NCBI GenBank assembly: GCA_964016885.1
Contig: CAXHJY010000455.1
Location: forward strand, 4,203-68,202
Length of the DNA: 64,000 nt
Source of the DNA: Eledone cirrhosa
Lineage: Eukaryota
Direction of reading: 5' to 3'
The notes under the pieces are model-generated. The model did no database searches and was not told the DNA's origin. It saw nothing but the letters and a program-made list of their open reading frames with translations. Within the stretch, counting starts at the first letter, position 1. Each line of letters starts with the position of its first letter. This document shows, in pieces, positions 15,470-29,293 of this stretch. A program made the translations under genes and the position numbers.

Positions 15470-15907
15470 GTAAATATAAACGTCATGCATTTCTACAGTA
15501 TGTTCACCAAACTTAAGACATAGACTACTTATGTACTCCGGATGGTCATGGGCACTTTCATTTTTCTAGATATTGATTATAGGGCCTCCCGACATATAAC
15601 CTCCTTCAACCGCTTCTTTGGAGTCGACTGAGAACTGCAGTGCAATGCAACAAAACGTCATAACTTCTGGAGCTCGCAACCGATTTTCACAAAACTTTAG
15701 ACATGGGCTACGTTTATCCTACAGATGAATGCGAACCCTCAGAATTGGCATATATTGAATAGGCGACCCTGGGGGAAGGAGCCCCCTTTTGGAAGATGCA
15801 GAAGATTTTGTAAAAGTATAGTTTTCGAAGCAGCACTAACGTATTGACATAAATGGCATACACAATTGCTATTTAATACCCGAGCAACGCCGGGTACCTC
15901 TGCTAGT
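15470..15907 (+). mobile_element. Non-autonomous Helitron-like element 3' end
   Basis: Subterminal hairpin tacccg-agcaacgc-cgggta (15877-15896) followed by CTAG|T (15903-15907); internal ccgattttcacaaaacttt motif. 5' boundary uncertain. Confidence 0.6.
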
Positions 15908-16289
15908 ATATATATAAAACTGTAGTTGTCTGTGTGTCTTCATTTATGTAAAGGCTATACAAATAGATATTTCTACTCCGATTGACTTCAAACTTGCATT
16001 TATATATTCGTTACGGTCTAAAGATATTAGCTGCGTCTTTTATTTTTCAATTTTCTCTTTTTAAAGGTGTGTTAGGCCCCGGTTATCGATCTCCGTCGAG
16101 CCCTTATAATATCTGTCTGTTTGACACCCTGTCTGCATTACGACATTCTGACGAACACTTCATTGCTGACGTATTATCTTCGCTACATTCACACACACAC
16201 ACACACATATATACATATATACATATATACATATATATGTATATACACAAATATACATATACACACACATATACACACACACACATATA

Positions 16290-16361
<72 letters not shown>

Positions 16362-16363
<2 letters not shown>

Positions 16364-16960
16364 GGCTAGGTAAAATTCCCGAGAACCATGGACGAGTTCT
16401 CTCCAGCGGTCTCCGTCCTTCATTATCGCTGCCATGTCCTGCGTCTCCAACAGACCAGTGTCTGTCCTTAAGGCATCAAAATACGTTGACCTTGGTCTTA
16501 CTCTTCCAGTGTGTCCATGTAGGGGATCCCAAAGGAGGACTGAGTGCAATGTCAACTCTGGTTGTCGTTGAGCATGTGCAGCCAACTTCATTCTCCTCTG
16601 TGTCGCTTTTAAGTTGACCTTTGGGAGGCTCCCATACAGCTCTGAGTTTTTCATCCTCAGTGTATACTGATTAATGTTCAGAGCCATCCTCAGCATTCTC
16701 GTGTAGCACCCATCCACCATCTGAGTGAGTTTTTTGGTCAGTGTCCAAGTCTCAGACCCGTACAGCAGCACAGCCAGCACTTCAGCAATGAAGAGGCGGA
16801 TTTTCAGGTCTTTACGCAGGTCCGTCTTCCACACCGATCTCAAGTTGTGGCACGCCACCCAGGCTTTGCTCTTCCTCTCAACCACATCATCTTCAGTATG
16901 CCCAATCTTTGCTCCCAAATACAGGAAGTCCTCAACTAATTCTAGCAGCTTGCCGCCTAC
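16362..16960 (-). mobile_element. RTE-clade LINE 3' fragment
   Basis: [55 protein letters not shown]; ends in (TA)n. Confidence 0.9.
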
Positions 16961-16964
16961 ATTA

Positions 16965-17131
16965 GTGATCCCCTCTGGACACACTGGAAGAGGAAGACCA
17001 AGGTTAACGTATGTTGATGTCCTAAGGAAAGACACTGGTCTGTTGGAGACACAGGACATGGCAGTGATAATGAGGTAGAGAGACCGCTGGAGAGAATTCG
17101 TCCATGGATCTCGGGATTTTTACCCTCCCTA
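16965..17131 (+). mobile_element. RTE-clade LINE 3' end, inverted relative to its neighbour
   Basis: [29 protein letters not shown]; diverged reverse complement of 16362-16530; ends in (TA)n. Confidence 0.85.
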
Positions 17132-17152
17132 GAATATATATATATATATATA

Positions 17153-17350
17153 TTGTTATGCTTTGGGAGGGTCATGTTGCCAATAAGAAACACACGAACC
17201 CTTGCTTTCACTCCAATTTATTATCAATTAAATTTATAAATTTAAGAATTTATAAATTTCTAGTTGGTTGGTTCCACAACCAGACGATTGCTCATATATT
17301 GTCAAAGTTCTTTCGTCACACATTCTCTGACCACATTGTGTGAACATACA
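17153..17350 (-). mobile_element. Diverged PLE pseudo-LTR remnant
   Basis: Minus strand contains cgaaagaactttga (as in the HHR at 13981-14020) and ends atgaccctcccaaagcataac, like the termini at 128-148 and 14205-14225. Confidence 0.6.
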
Positions 17351-17540
17351 CAAAAACAAGATGGCGTAGGGCAGAACAAAGGAGAGGCACAACAAAAAAC
17401 AAAGAAAAGTAGACATCCAGAGTTGACATATATATATATATAGTAATAATAAGAAATTTGAAGACTAAAATCAAAAGAGGGTCCGATAAGGATAAATATA
17501 TATCAGATATATAAGAACCGTAGAGCAAATATTTATTAAA

Positions 17541-17815
17541 ATAACAGATTAAAGTTTAAGCAAAGAATCGCTGCTTTCACCCTTAACGAGATCTTCTAAA
17601 ACTAAAAAATCAATATGTGAACGCAGAAGTAAATATTTCGAAAAACCTTGCAACTGAAGGAAGGCAGAAGTCAATACTTTGGTTCGTGGAGACGGTCCCT
17701 GGCAAAGAACGGAAAAAAACGAAGATTATACGTCATTATTTCTACCGGTGAGAACAATTACACGCAAAGTCAAAACCATGTTTATAGTATGAAGTCGTAG
17801 TCTAATATTCTATTA
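17541..17815 (+). mobile_element. Degenerate RTE-like 3' fragment, copy 2
   Basis: Colinear with 14960-15240. Confidence 0.5.
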
Positions 17816-18766
17816 GGTGGTTCGTGGAGACATTCCTTGGCAATGAGCAATGTTTACATCCATTATGCTATTTCTGTCAACCTTTAATATTCAGTTCGAT
17901 GAATTCAATATAAGTTGTATCCCCTTATATGATCGTTTTGATTTAATCCCGGCAAAACGTTACCAAAATGACAACTTTTATTTCCTATCATTATTACTTG
18001 TCACGTTGTAATTGACACTCCATAATATCTTATAATTATTTTGACTAAATAAGCCGAGAATTCAAAATACCAGTGAAAGATAGCAAGTGAATATGAACAT
18101 TGGTCGTATTTATCTATTGTGTAAAATTAGGAACAATTGTATAAACGACGTTTTATTTCCTAACTTCTGAACTAGACATTCTTACTGGCGTCAACGTCTG
18201 TCAAACTTATATGGACATATGGTCGATGCAATATCCATTTTATTTGAAAAAGTAAAGACAAAAACAAATCATTGACATTAAATTAGTGATATTGCAGGAA
18301 GTTGCAGATTGTAATAATAGGAGATAGATACATGAAATAATATATTTACAAGTATTTCTTTTTTAAACTTAATTATTTCATCCGTGAGCTTACTCTACAT
18401 TATATTAAATATATACTTTCTTATTTGTAGGATGTAGATATACTTTATTATCTGTAGCGAAAACATCTCATGGTATCTGTTCAAAAAATATTCGCTAACA
18501 CTATTTAGTAGATAATAGATTAGCAAAAAGAAAACGAAATATTGTGCATTGTAGAGATATTTTGCAAGCAGTTCTTGTTAACCAGAAACCATAAGGACTT
18601 TTGGAAAGAGAAAACAATTCAAATAATTCTCTCTTCAGTTGGGATGTCATGATGCATGCATCTTTACAAACCAGTGAGCACAGCATTGTCACTGTTAAAT
18701 GAGCCTTTAACTATGCTTACAGAATAAGGTAGATTTTGTTTATAATCTTTGATGGTTTTGTGCAAA

Positions 18767-18935
18767 TAATTGTTTCTACTTTTGGCACAAGGCCTGCAAT
18801 TAACCAGTACATTACTGGTACTTTATGTTATCGACCCCCATAAGCATGAAAGGCAAAGTTAACCTCGACGGGATTTGAACTCAGACTCTAAATGGACGTA
18901 AATATGCTAGAAAACATGGCGTTCAACCGCCATCC
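18767..18935 (-). mobile_element. tRNA-derived SINE (Meta-domain type)
   Basis: Reverse complement of B box gagttcaaatcc and of aactttgcctttcat..ggggtcgataa..aagtaccagt. Confidence 0.8.
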
Positions 18936-19859
18936 AATATTATATAAATCTGGATGTATGTGGGTGTTGTTCAAAACAACTTTGCTTTGTATGTTTTGTA
19001 TGAAATGATGATATCTTGATTCAGTTAGAAGTGCTTACGGTAATGGCGTACCCTTTATCGTTATCGTTTAAACAACCAGTGGAACCTGTCGTAATGCGAA
19101 GGATAAAAAGAAACAAACATTATATTCGCATGATTTTGGAATTTAATACATCGAGAGACCATTATTAATCCATTTACGTTAAATAACACCAGCGATGGTC
19201 GATTGCAAGGTGAAACTACGTCCGTTCCAACCAAAGATTATACTGGTAAAATATTTGCAGAGCAATATTTCTGCGAGAGAAAACACGAAAGCTTTTTAAT
19301 GTCAAACAAATCAGCATTACATTCCTATTGGTGTGAAACATCTGAAAAACGTGTTCAGGAAATATATGTGTAACAACTTTGAATCTCTGAGAAGAATGAT
19401 AATAAAATGATGGCGAATGTGTTTTGTTTTTGTTACCTTCACATTAGATATGACGACAATAGTAAATAACTTATTAAGGCTCATCTATAGTGTACGCAAC
19501 AGTATGTGTCTATGTGATGGAATACGGGAATAGTGAAGACTTAAACGAGGGAGGAGGCCGTATTTTGATACTACTCTATTTCATGGGTTTGAATTAAAAA
19601 ACACATCTCGAATTTACATGGAATACTCTAGCATATAAATAGTTTAGGTTTTTGGAATTATAACATGAAATTGAGGAAATGATTTAACGGCTAGATTGGT
19701 GTGAAGAAAATCGTTGAGAATTGGTGACTACTATGTTGATGTAATAAAGAGCGGATGATATTCCAAATATGTTGATGATGCCATGTACAGCTAAAGCTTA
19801 CCGAGAGTTGATATTAGTTGGCGGCCTAAGAAAGTAATCATAACACATATACATTAAGA

Positions 19860-20640
19860 TAATTAGTCAGAATTTTCGTTTTATCTAAATTTATCATAGA
19901 CCCACTGATGCCAGGTTTACAGCCCACCTTCTCTACGATGCATTGCATTAGGTGGAGGTTGTCGTGTTTGGATATGGTCAGGATTGCACAATCTGCGCCT
20001 CCCCTACTAAACACTCGATCACACCTAAGTCAAAATTGTCAAGTGTCCCTCTTATCCTCGTATTTCACCATCAACGCTACTAAGGTCCTATCAGTGGCAG
20101 TAGGCCGCTTCAAAAAGATAGAAGAACAAGCCTAGCATATCCAAGTAAAACTCGTAGGGTAGACCAAGGCATCCAAAATCTTGGCTGATGTAAGCGACCC
20201 TTGACAACCCTCAGCATGGGATGATGAAAGTCGCGGGTGGCCGTTGAGGTTGGAAAGTCCGGCACGGTCCCGGAATACCTGCTCCTCACCGAAGAATTGA
20301 GCAAAGTGCTGGTGAAACGATGCACATATCTGCCTGGAAGCGTTCACAGACTGACTGGCTGTTTTATTACCACGCTGCAATTCTGGCAATCGAACAATGT
20401 TCGTTCCCTCGTTTCTTAGAGGACGCGCCTTAGCTCTGACAATGCAAACTTCGTGTTTTGCATTAGAGAAAATACCTAATATCATTCTCGTCAATAGGAC
20501 TTCCGTTTGAATACCACGTCAGATAGCCTCATCTTATTCAGCTGCCAGCTACACCTCCTTTCAACTCTTCTCTTCAAAAAATACAAACAATATGTTGACT
20601 GGTGTTGGGCACGTTTAGAGAAGAGCTCTATCTCTGTAAG
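19860..20640 (-). mobile_element. Degenerate Tx1/L1-clade LINE ORF2 fragment
   Basis: HPRLSSSHAEGCQGSLTSAKILDAL, and LVGEAQ.CAI...HDNLHLMQCIVEK...MINLDKTK (matches the region before D..KAFD). Confidence 0.65.
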
Positions 20641-21239
20641 AATGATATCCCTAAACGTATGAATGTACGTGTGTTTGTGCGTGTGTATGTGCATGGATAT
20701 CCTTTATTTATATGCATTTATATGTAAGTGTATAAGTGTATATGGGTATGTGTATGCATTATATCTGTGTGTGTACGTATATATATGTATATATATATAT
20801 ATATATACATACACACACATATATGCGTGTGTGCCTGTACGTTTGTGTGTGTATGAGCGTGTGTCTGTGTATGTGTACGTGTATATATATAAATATATAT
20901 ATATAATATTTTTTTAAGCTGTAAATTATAATCAATGTGGTGTGTTAACTGACTTACCAACGTATACAGTGGTTTTATTTACCCTAGGTGTCAGGAAGAC
21001 ACTCGACATATACCAGAAACAATACCGAAGGAAAAGGCAAGTCAGACGAAGGTAATTAGCGAAACACCCACACATTGCCTCGTATCTCAAAACATGTACC
21101 AGCGCACAAGTGAATAATAAAGACATTCATTTGATAGTAAGCCTCCTTGTCTTTAGCTTCGTGCAGCAATATGAACGGATGGAAAACGTGCAGGAAATGA
21201 AACACGGCATCTTGTTAAGAAGGAATCAGTATAGTGTGC

Positions 21240-21560
21240 CATTCCAGAGCAATTACTAAAACTAAGACTGCATAGCAGAAGAATACACCTCTATATATGC
21301 TGCAACAAATGCTATTCTCCGAGCATGGAAACAGACGAGGGCAGAGTCTTCCTCTTGCCATTGTCACAATACCAGCAATCGATGCACCAGAATTAACGGA
21401 GGAGAATACATTTTCTGACCATATATTCGCAGTTTCACTCGCACTTGGTCATTACCAACAGTGTCAGTAAAGAAGAAAACGAGTGTGTTTGAGAATGCAA
21501 CACAGTAGCGAAAGCAAGCAGTAGAGACTGCCTTCTAGTGATACCCAATTGCACTTCTAA
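21240..21560 (+). mobile_element. Possible decayed copia-type integrase remnant
   Basis: TRINGGEY and EENECV.ECNTV resemble RxDNGGEY and PEQNGxxERxNRT; weak. Confidence 0.25.
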
Positions 21561-22319
21561 ATTGCCCTTTACATCTTCTGTCCTAGTAACTAAGCAACAG
21601 AAGACATTATTTGCAGCAACTTCAGGACAGCAGATTGTGACACTGAACATGAAATACAGGTTGTTGAGGAAGGAAAACCTTCCCTATAGAAAAGGTTGAT
21701 CTGTATCAAACAGAGGAATAAAGCTGGGTACGACGTAACTACATGAAAACTAAGTGAGGTGGGCAAAAAGGAATATGACACATGATTCATAGTCTTTCGT
21801 AAAACAAATGAAAAGAAACATTTTAATGGTGTGGTTCAAATGATGCTGCGGAAACGTCTTAGAAACTGGAAACGAAATAAGTTATCAGGATAGTCTGAAG
21901 GATAAAGCATTATTTTGTTTAAATAATTTATTATTCTTATCAGAAGCTAATCCAATATTTTGAGGACGTAGAAATACTAAAGTGTTCGTTGGGTGATATA
22001 ACAAGAGTACAAATATATATGGGCGACGTGGGCTCATTTATACCGGCACTAGCAACATTCGGGGTCATTATGTGTTGGAAAACCTACTTTATGTAAATAC
22101 ATTTTCTTAACGTTTTACTTAACAGTTTCAAAGTATATATATATCCTTATTTTTCCACAATGTGTTAAAAGGTTATCTTTGCCCAACGTCCTTGTCATTC
22201 AATTTATTATATCTGACTGCGAGATCCACAAATTTTCTTTTGTAATATCCATTAATAATATCATGAGGCGGACAATTTAATTGCATCCATCATTATCAGC
22301 AGCATCAGCAACATATAGT

Positions 22320-22475
22320 GAGAATGGATTAGCGGAATGTGCAGTCCTGTATAGAATATTTATTCTGAGTTCAAATCACGTTCGGCTCACTTTCATAATT
22401 TAGCTATCAAATAATTGGATCGATCTCATGGACTATACTCATCAACAAAACCGGTTGCCTTGTGAAAATGGTATA
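22320..22475 (+). mobile_element. Decayed tRNA-derived SINE
   Basis: tctgagttcaaatc B box followed by ctttcat and a gccttgtg tail as in other copies. Confidence 0.45.
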
Positions 22476-23351
22476 ACATATTAGTATTTGCTTTCTCTAA
22501 CGTAAGTTTTGATTTGCTACATCAATCTATTGCAGTTTATATTAAGAAACACGAGGAAAACTGTATAATATATATTTCCTACGCCTCTAGGAGGCAAATT
22601 TGTTAATTGAGATTTGTTTCTGAAATCTTTTCTGGAAATCATTTTTAGCATCGTTGCGTTGGTGACGATGGCTGATAATTAAGAAAATGGTATCTCAGGA
22701 TCCCCTGTAGAGGAAATGAATGTTGTTGATGATTGCTTATAATTGTCCAAATCGGAGTAATATTTCTACGTATAAGAGTAACGCCAGCAGCAAAAGTAAG
22801 GAACATTGATGAGAATATTAATAACATCATTAGTAAACAAAACTGCCATAACGTGTGCACTATTAGTAAGAGCAAGAATGCAATGATATAAAATATTAAA
22901 AATATATACCGAAAATATCATCAGTAATAGAGAGCTTTGTAGCAGAGAAAAATACGTTTGCTCATATATGCATTGATTCAGATCTCAGCATGTTAGATAA
23001 AAGCTTGAAATGCACGCCTCAAAGATTAGATTGAATTAAAACTCTTAATACCAAAATAATTGCATGCTTATTAGTGAAGAATACAATTAAATCTACATAC
23101 ATTTCATCATAGCCAAGCTGAAGACCATTTCCAAGATAATACTAAATGAGATCACGTATATAAGGTATGAGGACATGATTCATTAGAAAACACCAGATGC
23201 GATACTATTGAAACCTTCCACTTATTTTGGCAACATAATTGATTTCTTTCATAATTGGCTTGGGTATAAATTGAGATAAACACATATGAGGGATTTCTTT
23301 AAAAGCACCTTACATTTGCTGAGCCACACCACTGAGTCATATATATCAAAT

Positions 23352-23563
23352 AATGGTTTCTGATTCAGACACACGGCCAATAATTGCGGGTGAGGGGAAA
23401 ATAGATTAAATCGACCCCAGTGCGTGACTGGTACTTTATTTTTTTGACCCCGCAAGGATGAAAGGCAAAGTTAACCTCAGCCGTATTTGAACTCAGAGCG
23501 TAAAGGGCTCTAAGTAACCTAGCATAGTTTGCTTAGAGTTACGATTGTGCCAAGTCTCCGCCC
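23352..23563 (-). mobile_element. tRNA-derived SINE (Meta-domain type)
   Basis: ctggtactttatt..gacccc.aaggatgaaaggcaaagttaacctc..atttgaactcagagcgtaaag. Confidence 0.8.
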
Positions 23564-23576
23564 TCATATATAACAA

Positions 23577-23760
23577 ATAATTGTTTCTACTTTAGGCACG
23601 AGGCCAGCAATACCCCAGTGCATTACTGGTACTTTATTTTATCGACCCCATAAGGATGAAAGGCAAAGGTAACCTCGGCGGGATTTGAACTCAGATCGTA
23701 AAGGGACGTAACTATGCTGGAAAGCTTGGCGTCCGACCCTCTACCGATACTGCCAATCCA
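23577..23760 (-). mobile_element. tRNA-derived SINE (Meta-domain type), tandem neighbour
   Basis: Same subfamily as the 18767 and 37890 copies (taattgtttctacttt.ggcac tail). Confidence 0.85.
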
Positions 23761-26700
23761 TACAATCATATATAACAAATAACGAAATATATTTTAGTAG
23801 GTCCCAACGAATTAAGATCATCCTCCCATTTTCCACTAGGTTGTTGCATTTAGATATTCTAGAAATTTTAATTTTGAGTAGTATAAAGTGCATAAAGTAG
23901 ATACCATGTGCAATAACGGTCATTTCTAGACAAGAAAACACCAGTAAAATTAACACATAGTAGGGAAATAAATATAAGAAAATCCACATTGTTTTATAGG
24001 TTAGAATGCTTTAGATCATAGACTGGGGCTAAGCAAAAATCACAGCTATACATTATTTGCTGCATTTAGTTTTATCGCATATAATACATCAATCCAGCGG
24101 CCAGTTATCAGTATCTGATATCTGATTGAGATTATACACTGATGGAGATTATACACTGTTTGTGTTCATTCAATTAATCATCTTCCTCTTTGAAAAGGGG
24201 AAATTTAATAATTGAATTCATAGTTATATTATCTGCTGCTAACCCTACATTATTTTACTAATATATTTTATCCTGTGGCATGAAAAGGCAGATTTGTATT
24301 CCGATGTCTTGTTTAAAGACGCAACGAATTCATATAGCAAATTGTCGAACCTAGTTTGTTTGGATTTATGTTGATGAGGCAGTTAGAAGAATAATAGATA
24401 CTCTACCCAATTATTCGTATATTATTCCGGATTGGTATAATCTAGTCACTTGATCCTTACGCTAAATTGAAATACATCAAATACGTCAGCAGAAAATTCA
24501 GAAGGATGTAGCTTAGTTTTGCAATAATGATTAAAGTGATCATCGTTGGATAAAAGGCGAAACGGTTGTGACAATGAAAGGCGAAATGTTTACGGTAGAT
24601 GTAGTGATATGTGACTTATGTGATATATGCACTTATGTGACACCCTCTTTGTAGAATAGAGTTTTAGTGGCATCGTTCTCACAAAGTCACTTCCATTTAT
24701 TATGAAAACTAATCCTGTCACATAACCCGCATATCTCTTATTATAATCGTTCCTTTTTGTCAAATGCGTTATCTTCCCATTTTATATATCTGATAAACTC
24801 CAAAGTTATATCCTGATATAACCTTTTCGGTAGTGGTTATGTTACTTTATAGAATAAAATCAATACTAGAATATTATATAACTGCCTGTATTTAGCGGGC
24901 TAATACTATACACTCGTAACAAATTAGTGAACATGAAATCAGGAATTAGACAATGTTTTACATACATATGAAATTTTGGTAGTTTTTCTCTTCATACTAA
25001 TTTGAATATTTGATTAAAAATTGAAACAGTGTAATGCGTTATAAGATATATAAATAGAGAACAACTTAATCTTAAATGATTCTTAACCAATCAATTCAAT
25101 CATTGAATATTCCATAATGCTCACATTGTACACTTGTCACATATCACAGTGGAATCATTAAACGAATACATTATGCCCTGCCTTACTAGTAAACAGAAAT
25201 CTTTGAAATGCGATAGATATTCCAACACATTAATGTTTTAATTTATATGAGATAAGCTAGATAAAGTATTATATATCTTCCATTGGCTTTCACACACAAC
25301 TGAATTTTCAACGAAATTAAATTACTCATTGACAAATTTATATTGTAACGTTCAAAATGCGGATAAGCATTCATATTATATAACAACTGCACATTATGCT
25401 AATTGTGAAGTGGGAGACATAACGAAGACATTTAACGACACAAAATTGAAAGAATGGCATGCAATATTCATTTGAAAATACATTAGAAGTCTATTTATGT
25501 CCATATAGACCAATATTTCTAACCTGTAATTATTGGGTAAATCGAATGTCGTTCTGGCTATATTGTGTATACAGTCATATCTTTTCTGACCCACTAAATT
25601 AAGTGGAATATCCATTGCCACAAGGAAATATGTCCTATTGATTCTATAACGTAATCACGTACACTAACCTGATTAGAGCTTGTAGATTTAACATTAGTTG
25701 TCGGTAGCTTTCGATAAATGTTTCATAAAGATAAAATCACTGAAATATTCCTTTAGGGCTCAAATATTGATTTTCACTATTATGTTTGTATATAATGACA
25801 TTCGCCTTCGCCATGTCTGTGTCACAATTATTTAAACTGACTTAATTATTACTATAAGAAATGTTGGCTGCAAAATATTTATCAATTTAGTTCTGTTTTA
25901 AAACTAACAATATATCAAAGTTTAATCAAATTAAGTGTTCAATGTCTGACATATCCACACACGTCACTCTGAATATAACTTGTTTTAGATTCTACTGCTG
26001 CAACATTTTGAAGTTCATACCTGCTATATAGACCTCTAATGTTTTATCATGTTAACGGTAGAATAAATTCGATATGTAGCACAGTCTGTGATATTTGCGT
26101 AATCTTTGTTTGACATTAATATCCCCAATATGCATGTGTCATTTCAAAACACTTTTACTATTGATTAAAAGTTTGATACTTTAGTCAGAATATTTGCAAA
26201 TAATTTAATAATTTGGTTGACATTTCTTCTGAATTATCGTCTATGAAATCAAAGGTTACCATTAATAGATTTGAGTAAATATACAAACTATTCCACAATG
26301 AAAGTTATAATACAATATTGAAAATATATGTATTTTCATTTTACATGTAAATATTTAAGATAAGACAATGATTGAGCTTATTTAAATTATGTATAGTGGT
26401 ATATGTTTAATATTCAAATTTCCGAACTTACTGGGAAAAGTACTATTAATAATATTGAAGAATAACATATATGTATTAAAATACATTAAAAACCAGTCTT
26501 TGTTTATTTTACCTATAACTATTATAATTCCGTATTAAACTAGTCTGCCATCTGCGGTCATATCATAAATCCTCTCTCTTATACTCACTATGGAAACATT
26601 TCTCTTAATACAAATATTTTCTTTACCTGCAATAGAAAGATCTCTACCATTTCTAAATGAAAAATATAAACGTTAAGTTTTATTTCTGGGATACAATGTC

Positions 26701-26954
26701 CATTGTGCAGTTTACCATAAATATTTCCTCATCACTGAAATTATGTATACTTTAATACATCTATTCGTGTCCGTCTTTTGACAGCAACATTGCTAGGTCA
26801 CAGAATTCAGGTATGTTTAGTTAATCAAATTAAGCACAGAAGACGAGTTTGGCTCTCATTTTAATATATTCCGACAATAAGAAGAATTATGTTTATTTAA
26901 GTGTATTAAATGTCAATGATTTCTAACATCTATATATACATATATTCACTTAAA

Positions 26955-27240
26955 GATACCAGGGTCTACAGAGGAATTGATCATGGAAGTGATACTACTG
27001 CTCTTGGTAAAACTAAATTTCAAGTTCGATAGGCTTACGAGGCCTGAGAGGCAAATTAAATTTGATCTTGCGAAGTTAAATGAAGATTCTGTTAGCGAGA
27101 AGTACTAGTTGTAGTTAAGAAATGAGTTTACAGAATTGGAAGCTACTAATGACATTCAAAAGCGATGGTATGCTATCAAAAATGCTCTACATGCTACTGT
27201 AGAGGAGGATGTCGGTCGTCGGAGAGGCACACACAAAGGG
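26955..27240 (+). mobile_element. RTE-like LINE fragment (APE end plus linker)
   Basis: TRVYRGIDHGSD...KFDLAKL...LRNEFTEL...WYAIKNAL...VGRRR. Confidence 0.65.
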
Positions 27241-27429
27241 CCGCTGGCCCCTTTTAACAGGTGCATAATTTATTCTCTATTTCAATCAAGTATTCAGCAT
27301 TGTTTGATATGTTCGGGATTTACGTTAATTTCTAAACTTTTCAGCTACAGGCCAATGTTTATTTACTAATGTCGATATATGCCCACACACACATATCCAC
27401 CTGTACACACAAACACACACACAAAGTTT

Positions 27430-29226
27430 CCTGCATTCGGCGGTGGCCTGTATCGAGATAACGGGCTTCTCATACTCAAAGGTTACAACACCAGTAGTAT
27501 GGATCGTGTCCGTAATCACCTTACTAAATACTTCCCGAATTTGCGTTTCAAAATTACATTACAGATGTCCATTACCCGCGTCAATTTCCTGGATGTTACT
27601 CTCAACCTCGAAAATAATTTACACTACCCATATAGGAAACCCAATGACAACCTACAATACATCAACCGCAGTTCTAACCATCCTAGGAACATCACCAACA
27701 ACTAATTTAAAGACATCTCCCTCCGCATATCTCACTTATCTGCAAACGAGCAGATCTTCAACGAATATGCGCCATATTACAACCAGGCCCTCAAGAGAAG
27801 CGACCTCCGGGAGGACATCTCATATTATCCAGGCCTTTTTCGCCGATCTAGCAAGAGTGGCCGCCGCTGACGCCGTGTAACGTGGTTTAACCTTCCCCAC
27901 AATGCCTAGGTTGCAACACTGATTGGTAAGGTGTTTTTCGGCTCCTCGACACACTTCCTACCACAACACCGCTACCACAATATCATCAACAGAAATACTG
28001 TCAAACTCTCCTACAGCACTACACCCAAGCTTGAACAAAACACGGCTTCTTGAAACAACAAAAAACTCCTCTATAACAGGAGACAACAACGATATCAGTG
28101 GAGAGCAAACTAGGAGGTGTAACTGTCCGGATAGATAATCGTTCCCCCTCAACAACAGATCCCGAGAACGTAACGTGGTCAACCAGTGCAATGTGCGGAC
28201 AGAAAACTCTAACAAGGCCACATCGGATTAACCGTCAGCGATTTTAAGTCCCGGTATTACGAACACCTACATACATTTAGAAACCGGCCCGGCGACACGC
28301 AACAGCCCTTTCTGGCCATATTTGGAACCTCCAAGACAATAATATCACCTATCATCTAAGTTGGAGCATACTTTCCAAGGTAAACTCTTACTCGGGAGGA
28401 CGCCGTCCTTGCAATTTATGCTCGGAGGAAACGATCCAAATGCTGTTTACTAAGGACCAACTCTTAAACTAAAAAGATGAACTTGTTACTTCATGCAAAC
28501 AAAGAATGCGTAGGACAGACCTTACCTTTAGACCCCCTTACGACCTGGGTGGGTAAACCTCGGCCGTAACTTTGTTTCCTATATGCAGACTAAGATAGAG
28601 GAATCCCCAAGCATAGTTAGGTAGAAGTAGACATTCTCTTTTTTTCTTATTTCTTCATATTTTTCTTCTCTTAACTTTCTTCATTAGTTACACACTCTAA
28701 TTACACTTAGGCGGCTCATCGCTGATTTACACTATTATATTCAGCTTCTTCTTCCTTAAATTAAACCCAGTATTTCCACTCATGTTAAAAATATATATAG
28801 AACCTGCCGAACTTAAAGCCATGGTTTTTTTTCTTTTTGGACGGGAGAGGGTGCATCTCTACAGAAGATAATTTTGATAAATTATTATCTTGAGGCGGTG
28901 TTTTAGTGTATTGGACGAACAAATAGCTAAAATCTTATTAATTTAGAATTTTGTATTCAATTATATTTGCTTAGTTTTCTAGCTAACGCTTGACCTATTA
29001 ATATTCCTTGTTTATCATAATTTCTTCACCCCTTTAGAGATAGCTGTATATAATTCTCTCTTAACGCATGACTGGCCTGCATCCACAGGCCAGATTGTCA
29101 TCTTACTCCCTCCCCTTGTTGTACAGACAAGTTCAGCAAGACTACTACCGTCCTGATACTACTGCGTTAATTTAGACCTAGCTATAGAAACGGCCGGAGA
29201 TCAGCCGTCTGGGTCCATATCCTTTT

Positions 29227-29228
<2 letters not shown>
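27430..29228 (+). mobile_element. 5'-truncated, decayed Penelope-like element (YRDD-type)
   Basis: GLYRDNGL, VNFLDVTLNL, PYRKPN..YIN.SSNHP, VTWFNLP, CNC, HIGLT..FKSRY..H, HIW, CNLC.EE; multiple stops. 3' region ends in an HHR-like relic and (TA)n. Confidence 0.85.

Positions 29229-29293
<65 letters not shown>

Noticed and set aside
16361-17059. 232-aa ORF as a single gene
   Set aside because: Chimeric: the N-terminal part is the antisense of the inverted RTE copy.
25394-25621. 75-aa ORF and similar short ORFs at 18.5, 22.6, 55 and 58-59 kb
   Set aside because: No recognisable motifs or consistent splice signals; expected by chance.
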